DNA of 64,000 nucleotides, taken from an uncultured Alphaproteobacteria bacterium. Its GTDB lineage: Bacteria > Pseudomonadota > Alphaproteobacteria > RF32 > CAG-239. The stretch covers positions 103,026 to 167,025 of the forward strand of contig CANPYJ010000001.1 in NCBI GenBank assembly GCA_947588275.1. Direction: 5' to 3'. Positions 54,608-62,171 of this stretch are shown one piece after another. The translations under genes and the position numbers were made by a program. Every line of letters starts with the position of its first letter. Position 1 is the first letter of the stretch. Under the pieces are notes generated by a model, which was given only the letters and a program-made list of their open reading frames with translations, did not search any database and had not been told where the DNA came from.

Positions 54608-56413
54608 TTATGACAAGTCTTCGCCCTCCACCGACGCCAATAGGGCCGCACGTTCTTTTTTGAGCGATTCGTAACGGTTGTACAATTCTTCCGAAAACTC
54701 TTTGTCAGCCGACATTTGACGCATGCATTCGCGAATATCGCCGTCCAATTGCCGCAGCTGCATTTCAATCATACGTTCGTCAAGCGCCTGCCGCATTTTC
54801 ACCACATCGGGACATTGCCGCCGCAACATCTTGAGTTCAATCCGCTTTTGCAGTTCTTCCCCGAAACCTTTGTCTTTGAGGATTTGTTGCAGTTTTTCGC
54901 TTTCCGAAGGCAATGTCCCCTCATGCACCATTTCCAGCAAAAATTCATACAATCTTCGCAGCTTGTCGGATTTTATCTCAAAATTAAGCAGCTTTTCCTC
55001 ATATTCTTCTATCAGCTGCGGAAAGCACACGAACCCCGAGATGACGTATTCCGCCACCAAATCATCAAGATTCGCCCTCTCCGGTCGCAGTGCCGTAATT
55101 GTGGGTCGGGGCTGCCGGCGGACATTTTCCCTGCCCTGCCAAGAGCCGCGCCCGATGGCATGATAAATTTTATTTTTCATATCCTGCACATAATAGCCAC
55201 GCACGGTTTCATCGGCGATTTTGGCCACTTCTTCGCGGATGTTTTTTTCCAGCAAGGCTTTTTGCTCGGGTGTTTGGGCCGGCACCATGTCGGCATTTTT
55301 CTTCCACAAAAGATCTTTGAGCGGCATGGTGTCGTTGACCACTTTCAAAAATTCTTCGCGGCCGTGTGCTTTCAAAAATTCATCAGGATCCTGCTTATCG
55401 GGCAAAAACGCATATTTTAGTGAATATCCGGGCTTGAGAATGGGCAGCACGCGGTCCACCGACCGAATTGCGGCCCGCACGCCGGCACTGTCGCCGTCAA
55501 AACAGCAAATCGGCTCTGCCGTAACTTTCCATGCCTCAATTATCTGATCTTCGGTCAGCGCCGTACCAAGCGGCGCCACGGCATAACTGACGCCGTATTT
55601 GTCCATGGCGATCACGTCCATATAGCCTTCGCAGATAATCAGACTTTTGGCCTCATAGCCGGCATCGCGCGCATTATTAAGATTGTATAACACGCGGCGC
55701 TTATTAAAAACAGGCGTCTCCGGCGAGTTCAGATATTTCGGCTGACTGCCGTCCATAACCCGTCCGCCGAACGCAATCACCTTGCCCCGTTTGTCAATAA
55801 TCGGAATCATCACCCGATTGCGAAAAAAATCGTGCGGCCGCCGCCCTTCCGGAACGGCCAGCAAACCGAGTTCGGCCATTTCCTGCTCACTCACGCCTTT
55901 AGCCGCCAACTGTGCTTTCAGACCGTTGTTGGCGGGCGCATAACCCAAACGAAATTTGGCCATAATCGCGTCATCAAAACCGCGGCCGTACAAATAGTTC
56001 AAAGCCTCTTGTCCGGCGCTGAGACGCAGGTTCTTCTCAAAATATTTGCAGGCCATTTCCATAATGTCATAGGCCGAATTGCGTTTCTCGGTTTGTTCTT
56101 TGCTCTCCTTGGTGAGCTGTGGCAAGCGCATGCCGACCTTATGGCCGAGTTTTTCCACCGCATCAATAAAGCTCAGCCCGTTGGCGTCCATTTCAAACTT
56201 TATGATGTCGCCGTGCGCGCCGCAACCGAAACAATGATAGAAACCCTTTGCCTCATTCACCGTAAAAGAAGGCGTTTTTTCATTGTGAAACGGACACAAC
56301 CCGATATACTCGCGGCCTTTGCGCGTAAGTTTGACTTTTTGCCCGACAACCTCGGCAATAGAGATTTTTGCCCTAAGTTCATCGCAAAATTTTTGCAGTT
56401 CGGTTGTTGCCAT
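54608..56413 (-). CDS. dnaG: DNA primase
   Basis: Start at MATTELQKF (56413). Zinc ribbon CPFHNEKTPSFTVNEAKGFYHCFGCGAHGD; TOPRIM EGYMDVI. Confidence 0.96.
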   Translation of the reverse strand: MATTELQKFCDELRAKISIAEVVGQKVKLTRKGREYIGLCPFHNEKTPSFTVNEAKGFYHCFGCGAHGDIIKFEMDANGLSFIDAVEKLGHKVGMRLPQLTKESKEQTEKRNSAYDIMEMACKYFEKNLRLSAGQEALNYLYGRGFDDAIMAKFRLGYAPANNGLKAQLAAKGVSEQEMAELGLLAVPEGRRPHDFFRNRVMIPIIDKRGKVIAFGGRVMDGSQPKYLNSPETPVFNKRRVLYNLNNARDAGYEAKSLIICEGYMDVIAMDKYGVSYAVAPLGTALTEDQIIEAWKVTAEPICCFDGDSAGVRAAIRSVDRVLPILKPGYSLKYAFLPDKQDPDEFLKAHGREEFLKVVNDTMPLKDLLWKKNADMVPAQTPEQKALLEKNIREEVAKIADETVRGYYVQDMKNKIYHAIGRGSWQGRENVRRQPRPTITALRPERANLDDLVAEYVISGFVCFPQLIEEYEEKLLNFEIKSDKLRRLYEFLLEMVHEGTLPSESEKLQQILKDKGFGEELQKRIELKMLRRQCPDVVKMRQALDERMIEMQLRQLDGDIRECMRQMSADKEFSEELYNRYESLKKERAALLASVEGEDLS

Positions 56414-56481
56414 GGTTCCGATGCCCGTTTTCCCTGCTGATACTTTATCAATTCCGCCCGGACTGTCAAGTCCCATCAGAT

Positions 56482-56510
56482 AAAAAAAAGCGCTGTCTGC
56501 CAGCGCTTTT
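56482..56510 (-). terminator. Terminator after the yqeY-like gene
   Basis: AAAAGCGCTGtctgcCAGCGCTTTT (palindromic, T-run on the minus strand). Confidence 0.7.
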
Positions 56511-56528
56511 CATAGTTTGCCAAAGCTT

Positions 56529-57005
56529 CTAATTTCCGCCGAGACACGACTTGACAACGTTGTTGGCCTTGCCGAAATCAAGCTGACCGGCATATTTGGC
56601 CTTGAGCGCGCCCATAACTTTTCCCATGTCTTTCATGGAGGCAGCGCCGGTTTCGGCCACAATTGCCTGAACTGCCGCAGCAATTTCGGAATCGGTCATC
56701 TGCTTGGGCAAAAAACGCTCAATAACGGCGATTTCTGCTTTTTCCTTCTCTGCCAGTTCCGGCCGGTTGCCTTCCATAAACATCTTAATCGAATCGTTAC
56801 GCTGCTTAATCATACCCTGCATCATGGCCAGCAACTCGGCGTCAGTAGCCTCTTTGGCTCCCTTGCCACGTGCTTCCACGTCTTTTTCCTTTTGTCCGGC
56901 AATAATCAGCCGCACCGCGCCGGTTGTCGCCGCGTCATGAGCCAGCATCGCTTCTTTAAGCGCTTTTTGCAAATCTTCACGCAACATGTTTTTTCTCCTT
57001 GCCAA
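56529..57005 (-). CDS. GatB/YqeY-domain protein
   Basis: 158 aa; LQKALKEAMLAHD...RLIIAGQKEKD... typical YqeY family; conserved position upstream of dnaG-rpoD. Confidence 0.85.
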   Translation of the reverse strand: MARRKNMLREDLQKALKEAMLAHDAATTGAVRLIIAGQKEKDVEARGKGAKEATDAELLAMMQGMIKQRNDSIKMFMEGNRPELAEKEKAEIAVIERFLPKQMTDSEIAAAVQAIVAETGAASMKDMGKVMGALKAKYAGQLDFGKANNVVKSCLGGN

Positions 57006-57098
57006 TTAACATTGCCCAAATCATATACGTGTAAATCCAAAAAATCAATTGCCTTTCTGCATGAGCTGCATTATTTTAATGCCGAGGAGGATTTTGCC

Positions 57099-57827
57099 AT
57101 GAACAAATTTTTAATCGGCGCCGCCGTGCTTGGATTCAGCTTCAATGCCGCGGCGCAGTCCGACATCATTAATGCCGATGTCCAAAAGAGCTTGGCCGCA
57201 ACGCAGGAAAGCATGCAAAAATCGGTTGATCGTCTGGACCGCCAAATGCAACAGGTTATGCCCGTGGTGGCCGACAGTTTTGCGCAAATGATGCAGGATT
57301 TCTTCAAGACTTTGCCGCCGCTGATGAAGTCGATTGAAGAAAACCAAGTTTTGAGCAAAGCCGCCAATCAAATTAATCAAGAGCTTGATTCGCAAATTTC
57401 CGAAGTCGGCAAAGAACTCAGCACATATCAAAATTACAAAGCCGAACAAACTGCCGGCAACGAAGATAAATTTATGGTTTCGGGCAGCAAAAACGATGAC
57501 GGCAAAAAACTTGATTTTGCTTTTAGTCAAAATGACAACCGGCTGCAAAACCTGCGCGCGGCACTTGAGGCCAAGACCGCTCCGGACGGCGCGCAGGATT
57601 TCAGTCTCACCGATTTGTCAAACCAAAAACTGCGCGGTCGCGACTTTAAGCTGGAGTTTATTGATAAGATTCCCTATTTGGTCTATGATGACGGCGACAC
57701 CTATTGCTATATCACGGGCATTGCCGAAGACAATATGATTGTGCGGGTTCAGACTTCCGGCTTCGAAGCGCCGGAAAGAGCGCGCAACTTCATCAAAAAC
57801 AGTCGCCGGCGGCTTATCGCGCCTTAG
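57099..57827 (+). CDS. Secreted hypothetical protein
   Basis: Start at MNKFLIGAAVLGFSFNAAAQ (57099, RBS GAGGAGG). The upstream part of ORF-track ORF 56517.. is antisense to the yqeY-like gene. Confidence 0.7.
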   Translation: MNKFLIGAAVLGFSFNAAAQSDIINADVQKSLAATQESMQKSVDRLDRQMQQVMPVVADSFAQMMQDFFKTLPPLMKSIEENQVLSKAANQINQELDSQISEVGKELSTYQNYKAEQTAGNEDKFMVSGSKNDDGKKLDFAFSQNDNRLQNLRAALEAKTAPDGAQDFSLTDLSNQKLRGRDFKLEFIDKIPYLVYDDGDTYCYITGIAEDNMIVRVQTSGFEAPERARNFIKNSRRRLIAP

Positions 57828-57957
57828 AAATAAGTCCGCGGCAAAAGCAATTTTTATCATTGTCACGGCTGTAATTTTGCTCATAACGACCGTAATTTTG
57901 CTCATATTTATAGCGCAACGCGCCGGCCGACAAAGAAGCCAAATAAATTTTTCTCAT
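57814..57957 (-). CDS. Candidate 47-aa small protein with tandem YEQNYxR repeat
   Basis: Own translation: MRKIYLASLSAGALRYKYEQNYGRYEQNYSRDNDKNCFCRGLISKAR. AAGGAG RBS 7 nt upstream. Below the ORF-track size cut-off. Confidence 0.35.
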   Translation of the reverse strand: MRKIYLASLSAGALRYKYEQNYGRYEQNYSRDNDKNCFCRGLISKAR

Positions 57958-58104
57958 CAAAATTCTCCTTGTTATGACAACGCCGAGGCTTTATCACAGT
58001 CGCAAAAATTGGATACAACCGATTGCCCTTTTACGCTAAAAAGAATTTGCTTGATTTATTTTTTTAAGGTGTTACATTAAGGAAAAATCAAAATCAAACA
58101 TGAG

Positions 58105-58141
58105 CTGTGGCGGGTTTTTCCGCCGCAGTTCCTTTTTTCTG
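58105..58141 (+). terminator. Terminator-like hairpin in the greA leader (possible attenuator)
   Basis: CTGTGGCGGgtttttCCGCCGCAGttccttttttctg, ending 23 nt before the greA ATG. Confidence 0.5.
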
Positions 58142-58163
58142 AATTATAAAGACAGGTGAAACT

Positions 58164-58637
58164 ATGGAGAAATTTCCTTTGACAAAAACCGGTTTTGAAG
58201 CACTGGAAAAGGAGCTGAAAAACCTTAAAGGGGTTGAACGCCCCAACATCATCGCCGCCATTGACGAGGCTCGCTCGCACGGCGATTTGTCCGAAAACGC
58301 CGAATATTCCGCCGCCAAAGAAAAACAGAGTTTTATAGAGGGACGGATTCAGGATTTGGAAGCCGTTTTGAGCCGCGCACAGGTCATTGACGTAAGCAAA
58401 GCCAACTACGATGTCGTACGTTTCGGCGCCACTGTGACTGTCGCCGACGAAGACACCGATGAAGAAAAGACTTATCAGATTGTCGGCGACTATGAGGCCG
58501 ACATCGAAAAGAACAAAATTTCGCTGTCATCGCCTTTGGCCAAAGCCCTCATCGGCAAAGAAGTCGGCGATTCGGCCGATTATCAGGCGCCCGGTGGCCG
58601 CAAATCTTTCGAAGTGGTGGAAATCCGTTATATTTAA
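58164..58637 (+). CDS. greA: Transcription elongation factor GreA
   Basis: 157 aa; LTKTGFEALEKELKNLK...IAAIDEARSHGDLSENAEYSAAKE. Confidence 0.97.
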   Translation: MEKFPLTKTGFEALEKELKNLKGVERPNIIAAIDEARSHGDLSENAEYSAAKEKQSFIEGRIQDLEAVLSRAQVIDVSKANYDVVRFGATVTVADEDTDEEKTYQIVGDYEADIEKNKISLSSPLAKALIGKEVGDSADYQAPGGRKSFEVVEIRYI

Positions 58638-58661
58638 ATCCACTTTTGCCGCGCTTATATC

Positions 58662-58690
58662 AAAACCACCCCGCCGAGTGGTTTTGTTTT
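58662..58690 (+). terminator. greA terminator
   Basis: AAAACCACcccgccgaGTGGTTTTgtttt. Confidence 0.75.
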
Positions 58691-58707
58691 GCATAAAGGA
58701 GAAAGCA

Positions 58708-58971
58708 ATGGACACCAGAAATTATGACGAACCTTCCAATTGCGGATTGGAAAGCTGTGATTGCGACGAAGACAACAAATGCGGATGCAGTTTTCCGAAC
58801 AACATGGCCGACTTCGACTGTGAATGCACCGACACCGGCAACTGCGGCCGCTTTGACGAACATCTGGCAACACCCAGAGAAACCGTGACTCACATTGTCA
58901 AAGACACCGTTTGCGTTTGCTCGCCCGAAACCTGTTCCTGCTCGGTTGAACGCAGCGAAACCGATGCCTGA
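58708..58971 (+). CDS. Acidic CxC-rich small protein (metallothionein-like?)
   Basis: Start at MDTRNYDE (58708, RBS AAGGAG). 87 aa with 12 Cys, including five CxC pairs (CDC, CGC, CEC, CVC, CSC). Ends 17 nt before trxB. Confidence 0.7.
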   Translation: MDTRNYDEPSNCGLESCDCDEDNKCGCSFPNNMADFDCECTDTGNCGRFDEHLATPRETVTHIVKDTVCVCSPETCSCSVERSETDA

Positions 58972-58988
58972 ACCATCGGAGCCCGCCC

Positions 58989-59939
58989 ATGGCCGAATAT
59001 AAAACGCCCGTGTTGATTTTAGGTTCCGGTCCGGCCGGTTATACGGCCGGCATCTACGCCGCCCGCGCCGGTCACAAGCCGGTGTTGGTTTCAGGTGGGC
59101 AAATCGGCGGCCAACTGACCATCACCGCCGATGTCGAAAACTATCCGGGTTTTCCAGAGGCCGTAACCGGCGCGGAACTGATGCACCGCATGCGCTTACA
59201 GGCGCATAACGTCGGCGTCGAAATTATTGATGACAATATTGTCGAAGTCGATTTCAGCCGCAGTCCGTTTGAATGCAGCTCCGAAAATCACAATTTATTC
59301 TGCGGCCAAACCGTCATCATAGCTACCGGCGCTTCGGCACGTTGGCTGGGTTTGCCGAGTGAAGAAAAATTTCGCGGTTTCGGTGTCTCAAGCTGTGCCA
59401 CCTGCGACGGATTTTTTTATCGCGGGCGCCATACGGCGGTTGTCGGCGGCGGCAATAATGCCGTGGAAGAAGCTTTATATCTGGCCAATTTTGCCGCCTC
59501 GGTTACGCTTATTCACCGGCGCGACAAACTGCGTGCCGAAAAAACGCTGCAAGACCGCCTTTTTTCAAACCCCAAAATCAAAGTTGAATGGGATACCGTG
59601 GCAGAAGAAATTTTGGGTACCGAAAACCCGCTCAGCGTCACCGGCGTCAAAATCAAAAACGTCAAAACCGACCGCAGCAAGCTTCTCAAAATTGACGGTC
59701 TGTTTATTGCCATCGGCCACCACCCCAATACGGATATCTTCAAAGACCAGCTGGAACTCTCGCCGGACGGCTATATTGTGACCACGCCGGGAAGCAGCCG
59801 TACCAGCATCCCCGGCATATTTGCCGCCGGAGACGTGCAAAGCCGACATTTTCATCAGGCGGTTTTGGCTGCCGGTTCAGGCTGTTTGGCCGCTTTGGAA
59901 GCAGACCGCTATCTTAACGACAAAACAGAAGCGCCGTAG
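58989..59939 (+). CDS. trxB: Thioredoxin-disulfide reductase
   Basis: GSGPAGYTAGIYAARA FAD motif; redox CATCDG; NADPH site VVGGGNNAVEEA. Confidence 0.97.
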   Translation: MAEYKTPVLILGSGPAGYTAGIYAARAGHKPVLVSGGQIGGQLTITADVENYPGFPEAVTGAELMHRMRLQAHNVGVEIIDDNIVEVDFSRSPFECSSENHNLFCGQTVIIATGASARWLGLPSEEKFRGFGVSSCATCDGFFYRGRHTAVVGGGNNAVEEALYLANFAASVTLIHRRDKLRAEKTLQDRLFSNPKIKVEWDTVAEEILGTENPLSVTGVKIKNVKTDRSKLLKIDGLFIAIGHHPNTDIFKDQLELSPDGYIVTTPGSSRTSIPGIFAAGDVQSRHFHQAVLAAGSGCLAALEADRYLNDKTEAP

Positions 59940-59984
59940 TAACAACGTACGGCGCCTTCAAAACAACGACTCGGTTATTTATGT

Positions 59985-60845
59985 TTATTCGTCAAGTTTG
60001 GCGCAAGCAACATAATTGACGTCAAACGGACAATAAAGCGTTATCTCACCGCTGCCACAGACAGCGCCGGAAGTATAACCCATCTCGCTGCAGCTCAGCA
60101 AAGTCGCAGGTTTTGTACACCAGAAAGTATCGAAATCGGAATACCCGACGGCACATCCCGTCACCTTGTATTTCGTCGTACCGTCACAATCTGTTTTTGT
60201 ATCATTACAAATATATCCGGACGGACACACGGCCAAATAACTTGAACCCAACGGCACGCAGCTTTTTCCGACTTTACAAATATGGTCGCACGGTGCATCG
60301 TATTTAATTTCGCACCCATAATCGGTCGTTTGGTCTTTCAAATCTTTACACTGATCTGTGCATTCCGTTCCGTAGGTTATGCCATCCTCTGTACAGGTGC
60401 TGCCTGACAACGCGTTTTTCGCATCTGCATTACGGCAGTCGGTCTCGGTATATTTATAGACGCTCCTATTGCAGGAACATTTCTGATAATGCGTCCCCTT
60501 GCTGTCAGAACAGCTGCTGCCCGAAAGCACCTTGCCATCGCTGCAGGTGGTATAAGGATAAGTGACGGTAGAACATAAATTCTCCTTCATATTCAAACAG
60601 CACACTTCGCTTCCGACCGTCTTTGTGCTGGTACATGTCCACCCTGAGGGAACTTGACTATATGACTGAGCACCTATACTCGCGCAAGTTTTTTTGTCAG
60701 GCTCCGGTTTAGAAGTTCGCCCTCCTGTGCGTTCTTTAAACGGATCGGACGCCTGATAATCCGGCAACAACCAAACTTTTGCCCACACTGCCGAACTCAG
60801 ACACATTGCGGCCGCTACCAAAACGCTCACCAATGTCCTTTTCAT
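59985..60845 (-). CDS. Secreted Cys-rich protein (26 Cys in the mature part), unknown family
   Basis: Start at MKRTLVSVLVAAAMCLSSAVWA (60845). The mature region is Ser/Thr/Gly/Cys-rich with recurring LSGS(S/T)C(S/T)(D/E) and TxC spacings. Confidence 0.7.
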   Translation of the reverse strand: MKRTLVSVLVAAAMCLSSAVWAKVWLLPDYQASDPFKERTGGRTSKPEPDKKTCASIGAQSYSQVPSGWTCTSTKTVGSEVCCLNMKENLCSTVTYPYTTCSDGKVLSGSSCSDSKGTHYQKCSCNRSVYKYTETDCRNADAKNALSGSTCTEDGITYGTECTDQCKDLKDQTTDYGCEIKYDAPCDHICKVGKSCVPLGSSYLAVCPSGYICNDTKTDCDGTTKYKVTGCAVGYSDFDTFWCTKPATLLSCSEMGYTSGAVCGSGEITLYCPFDVNYVACAKLDE

Positions 60846-60954
60846 AGCCCACCTCATCAACAGTCTACCTTATTGTCTAGCATAACATATTTGCTGAATA
60901 CTGTCAAACAGTTATTTACGACGAAACAATGAAATTTCAGGCTTTTTCGGTCTG

Positions 60955-60986
60955 CAAAAAGCCCCTGCGGCAAATGCCGAGGGGCT
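60955..60986 (-). terminator. cspA terminator
   Basis: Minus strand reads AGCCCCTcggcatttgccgcAGGGGCTttttgc. Confidence 0.7.
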
Positions 60987-61009
60987 TGACAAAACTTTAT
61001 ATGAAAAAC

Positions 61010-61213
61010 TTAGGCCAGTTTCAGATTTCCGGCCACGGTTTTGCCTCTTTCCGTCAGCAGTTCATAGCTGATTTTGGCACCTTCGTTCAGAGTGCGCATA
61101 CCGGCCGCCTGAACGGCCGAGATATGAACAAAAACATCTTGTCCGCCTTCATCGGGGGTAATAAAACCATAACCCTTTTTGTTGTTAAACCATTTAACTG
61201 TTCCTGTTGCCAT
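61010..61213 (-). CDS. cspA: Cold-shock protein (CspA family)
   Basis: Start at MATGTVKWFNNKKGYGFITPDEGGQDVFVH (61213). RNP1/RNP2 motifs present. Confidence 0.95.
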   Translation of the reverse strand: MATGTVKWFNNKKGYGFITPDEGGQDVFVHISAVQAAGMRTLNEGAKISYELLTERGKTVAGNLKLA

Positions 61214-61351
61214 ATCTGTATCCTCTAAAAATAACAGGTTGAGATTAAGAACCCGACGGCATAAAGCCTGAGTTCTCATAACTATCGGGTCGGTGGCGTG
61301 ACATTTTGTTGTTCTCTGTCTCATAGACCACAGAGGCTAGTTACGTTAACA

Positions 61352-61379
61352 AGTTTACTCCAAACATTTTAGTTTGCAA
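61352..61379 (-). promoter_or_regulatory. Candidate cspA promoter giving a ~115-nt 5' UTR
   Basis: Minus strand reads TTGCAA-16 nt-TAAACT. Confidence 0.3.
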
Positions 61380-61468
61380 GAACTATTTTTGTGTCGCTAT
61401 TGCAAACGCCGCCGGCCGCGATTATCTCAATGGACGGTTTTTCAAACAAATTTGCAAAGGATACAGAC

Positions 61469-61999
61469 ATGAAAAAAACATATTTAGCCCTTGCTGCCGC
61501 CCTCGCAGCTCTCAGCGTCAATGCGGCTCTCGCACAGCGCAAGAACACCACTGTTCATGACGTGGCGCCGATAAACATTGCTTCCGAACCGGCCTCCGTT
61601 GTACCGGACGCTCTCAAAAACCGCTGCGGTTGCGTGGCCGACGACGCCGCTTGTCTCAAAAAATGCCCAAACAAAGCCGCCAAGCATTCTTATGACGCCC
61701 GCAAAGCGGATAAAAAGCTCAACAAAAAGATGGCCGAAGCCAAAGAAGAAATTAACGAAAGCTATGCCAAAGCCCTCAAAAAAATCAAGCAGTCCTCTTT
61801 TTCGGCTGACCAAAAAGCCTTGCTGAACAAACAGGCCGAACAAACCCGCGACTTGGCGCTGGAGCAGATGCAGGCGCGTTTTAACCTCATGCAGGAACAA
61901 TTGCACCAACAGCACGACATGAATTTTGCCCCAATGATGGACAACAAAGACAATCGCAAAGCCGTCAAACGCGTCATGAAAATCGGCGTCGACGATTAA
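61469..61999 (+). CDS. Secreted hypothetical protein (Lys-rich, coiled-coil-like)
   Basis: Start at MKKTYLALAAALAALSVNAALA (61469). Confidence 0.65.
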   Translation: MKKTYLALAAALAALSVNAALAQRKNTTVHDVAPINIASEPASVVPDALKNRCGCVADDAACLKKCPNKAAKHSYDARKADKKLNKKMAEAKEEINESYAKALKKIKQSSFSADQKALLNKQAEQTRDLALEQMQARFNLMQEQLHQQHDMNFAPMMDNKDNRKAVKRVMKIGVDD

Positions 62000-62014
62000 G
62001 CGCCGAATTTCTTC

Positions 62015-62049
62015 AAAACAACCGAAACTTTGTTTTCGGTTGTTTTTTT
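62015..62049 (+). terminator. Terminator
   Basis: AAAACAACCGAAActttgTTTTCGGTTGTTTTttttg. Confidence 0.85.
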
Positions 62050-62171
62050 GCGCATTTTTCCGACAAAAAACTCTATACATTTAAATTTTATTTTGCTATA
62101 GTGCTTCCCGCAAATCCGCGGCATTGGGGTTCGCGGGTATTTCATTATTTATGAAAAAGGAAAATACGCAT

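Noticed and set aside
57618-57905. 95-aa minus-strand ORF starting MSKITVVMSKITAV (repeat-containing)
   Set aside because: It is mostly antisense to the signal-peptide-bearing plus-strand gene 57099-57827 and lacks an RBS. The alternative frame starting at 57957 has an AAGGAG RBS and is reported instead, still with low confidence.
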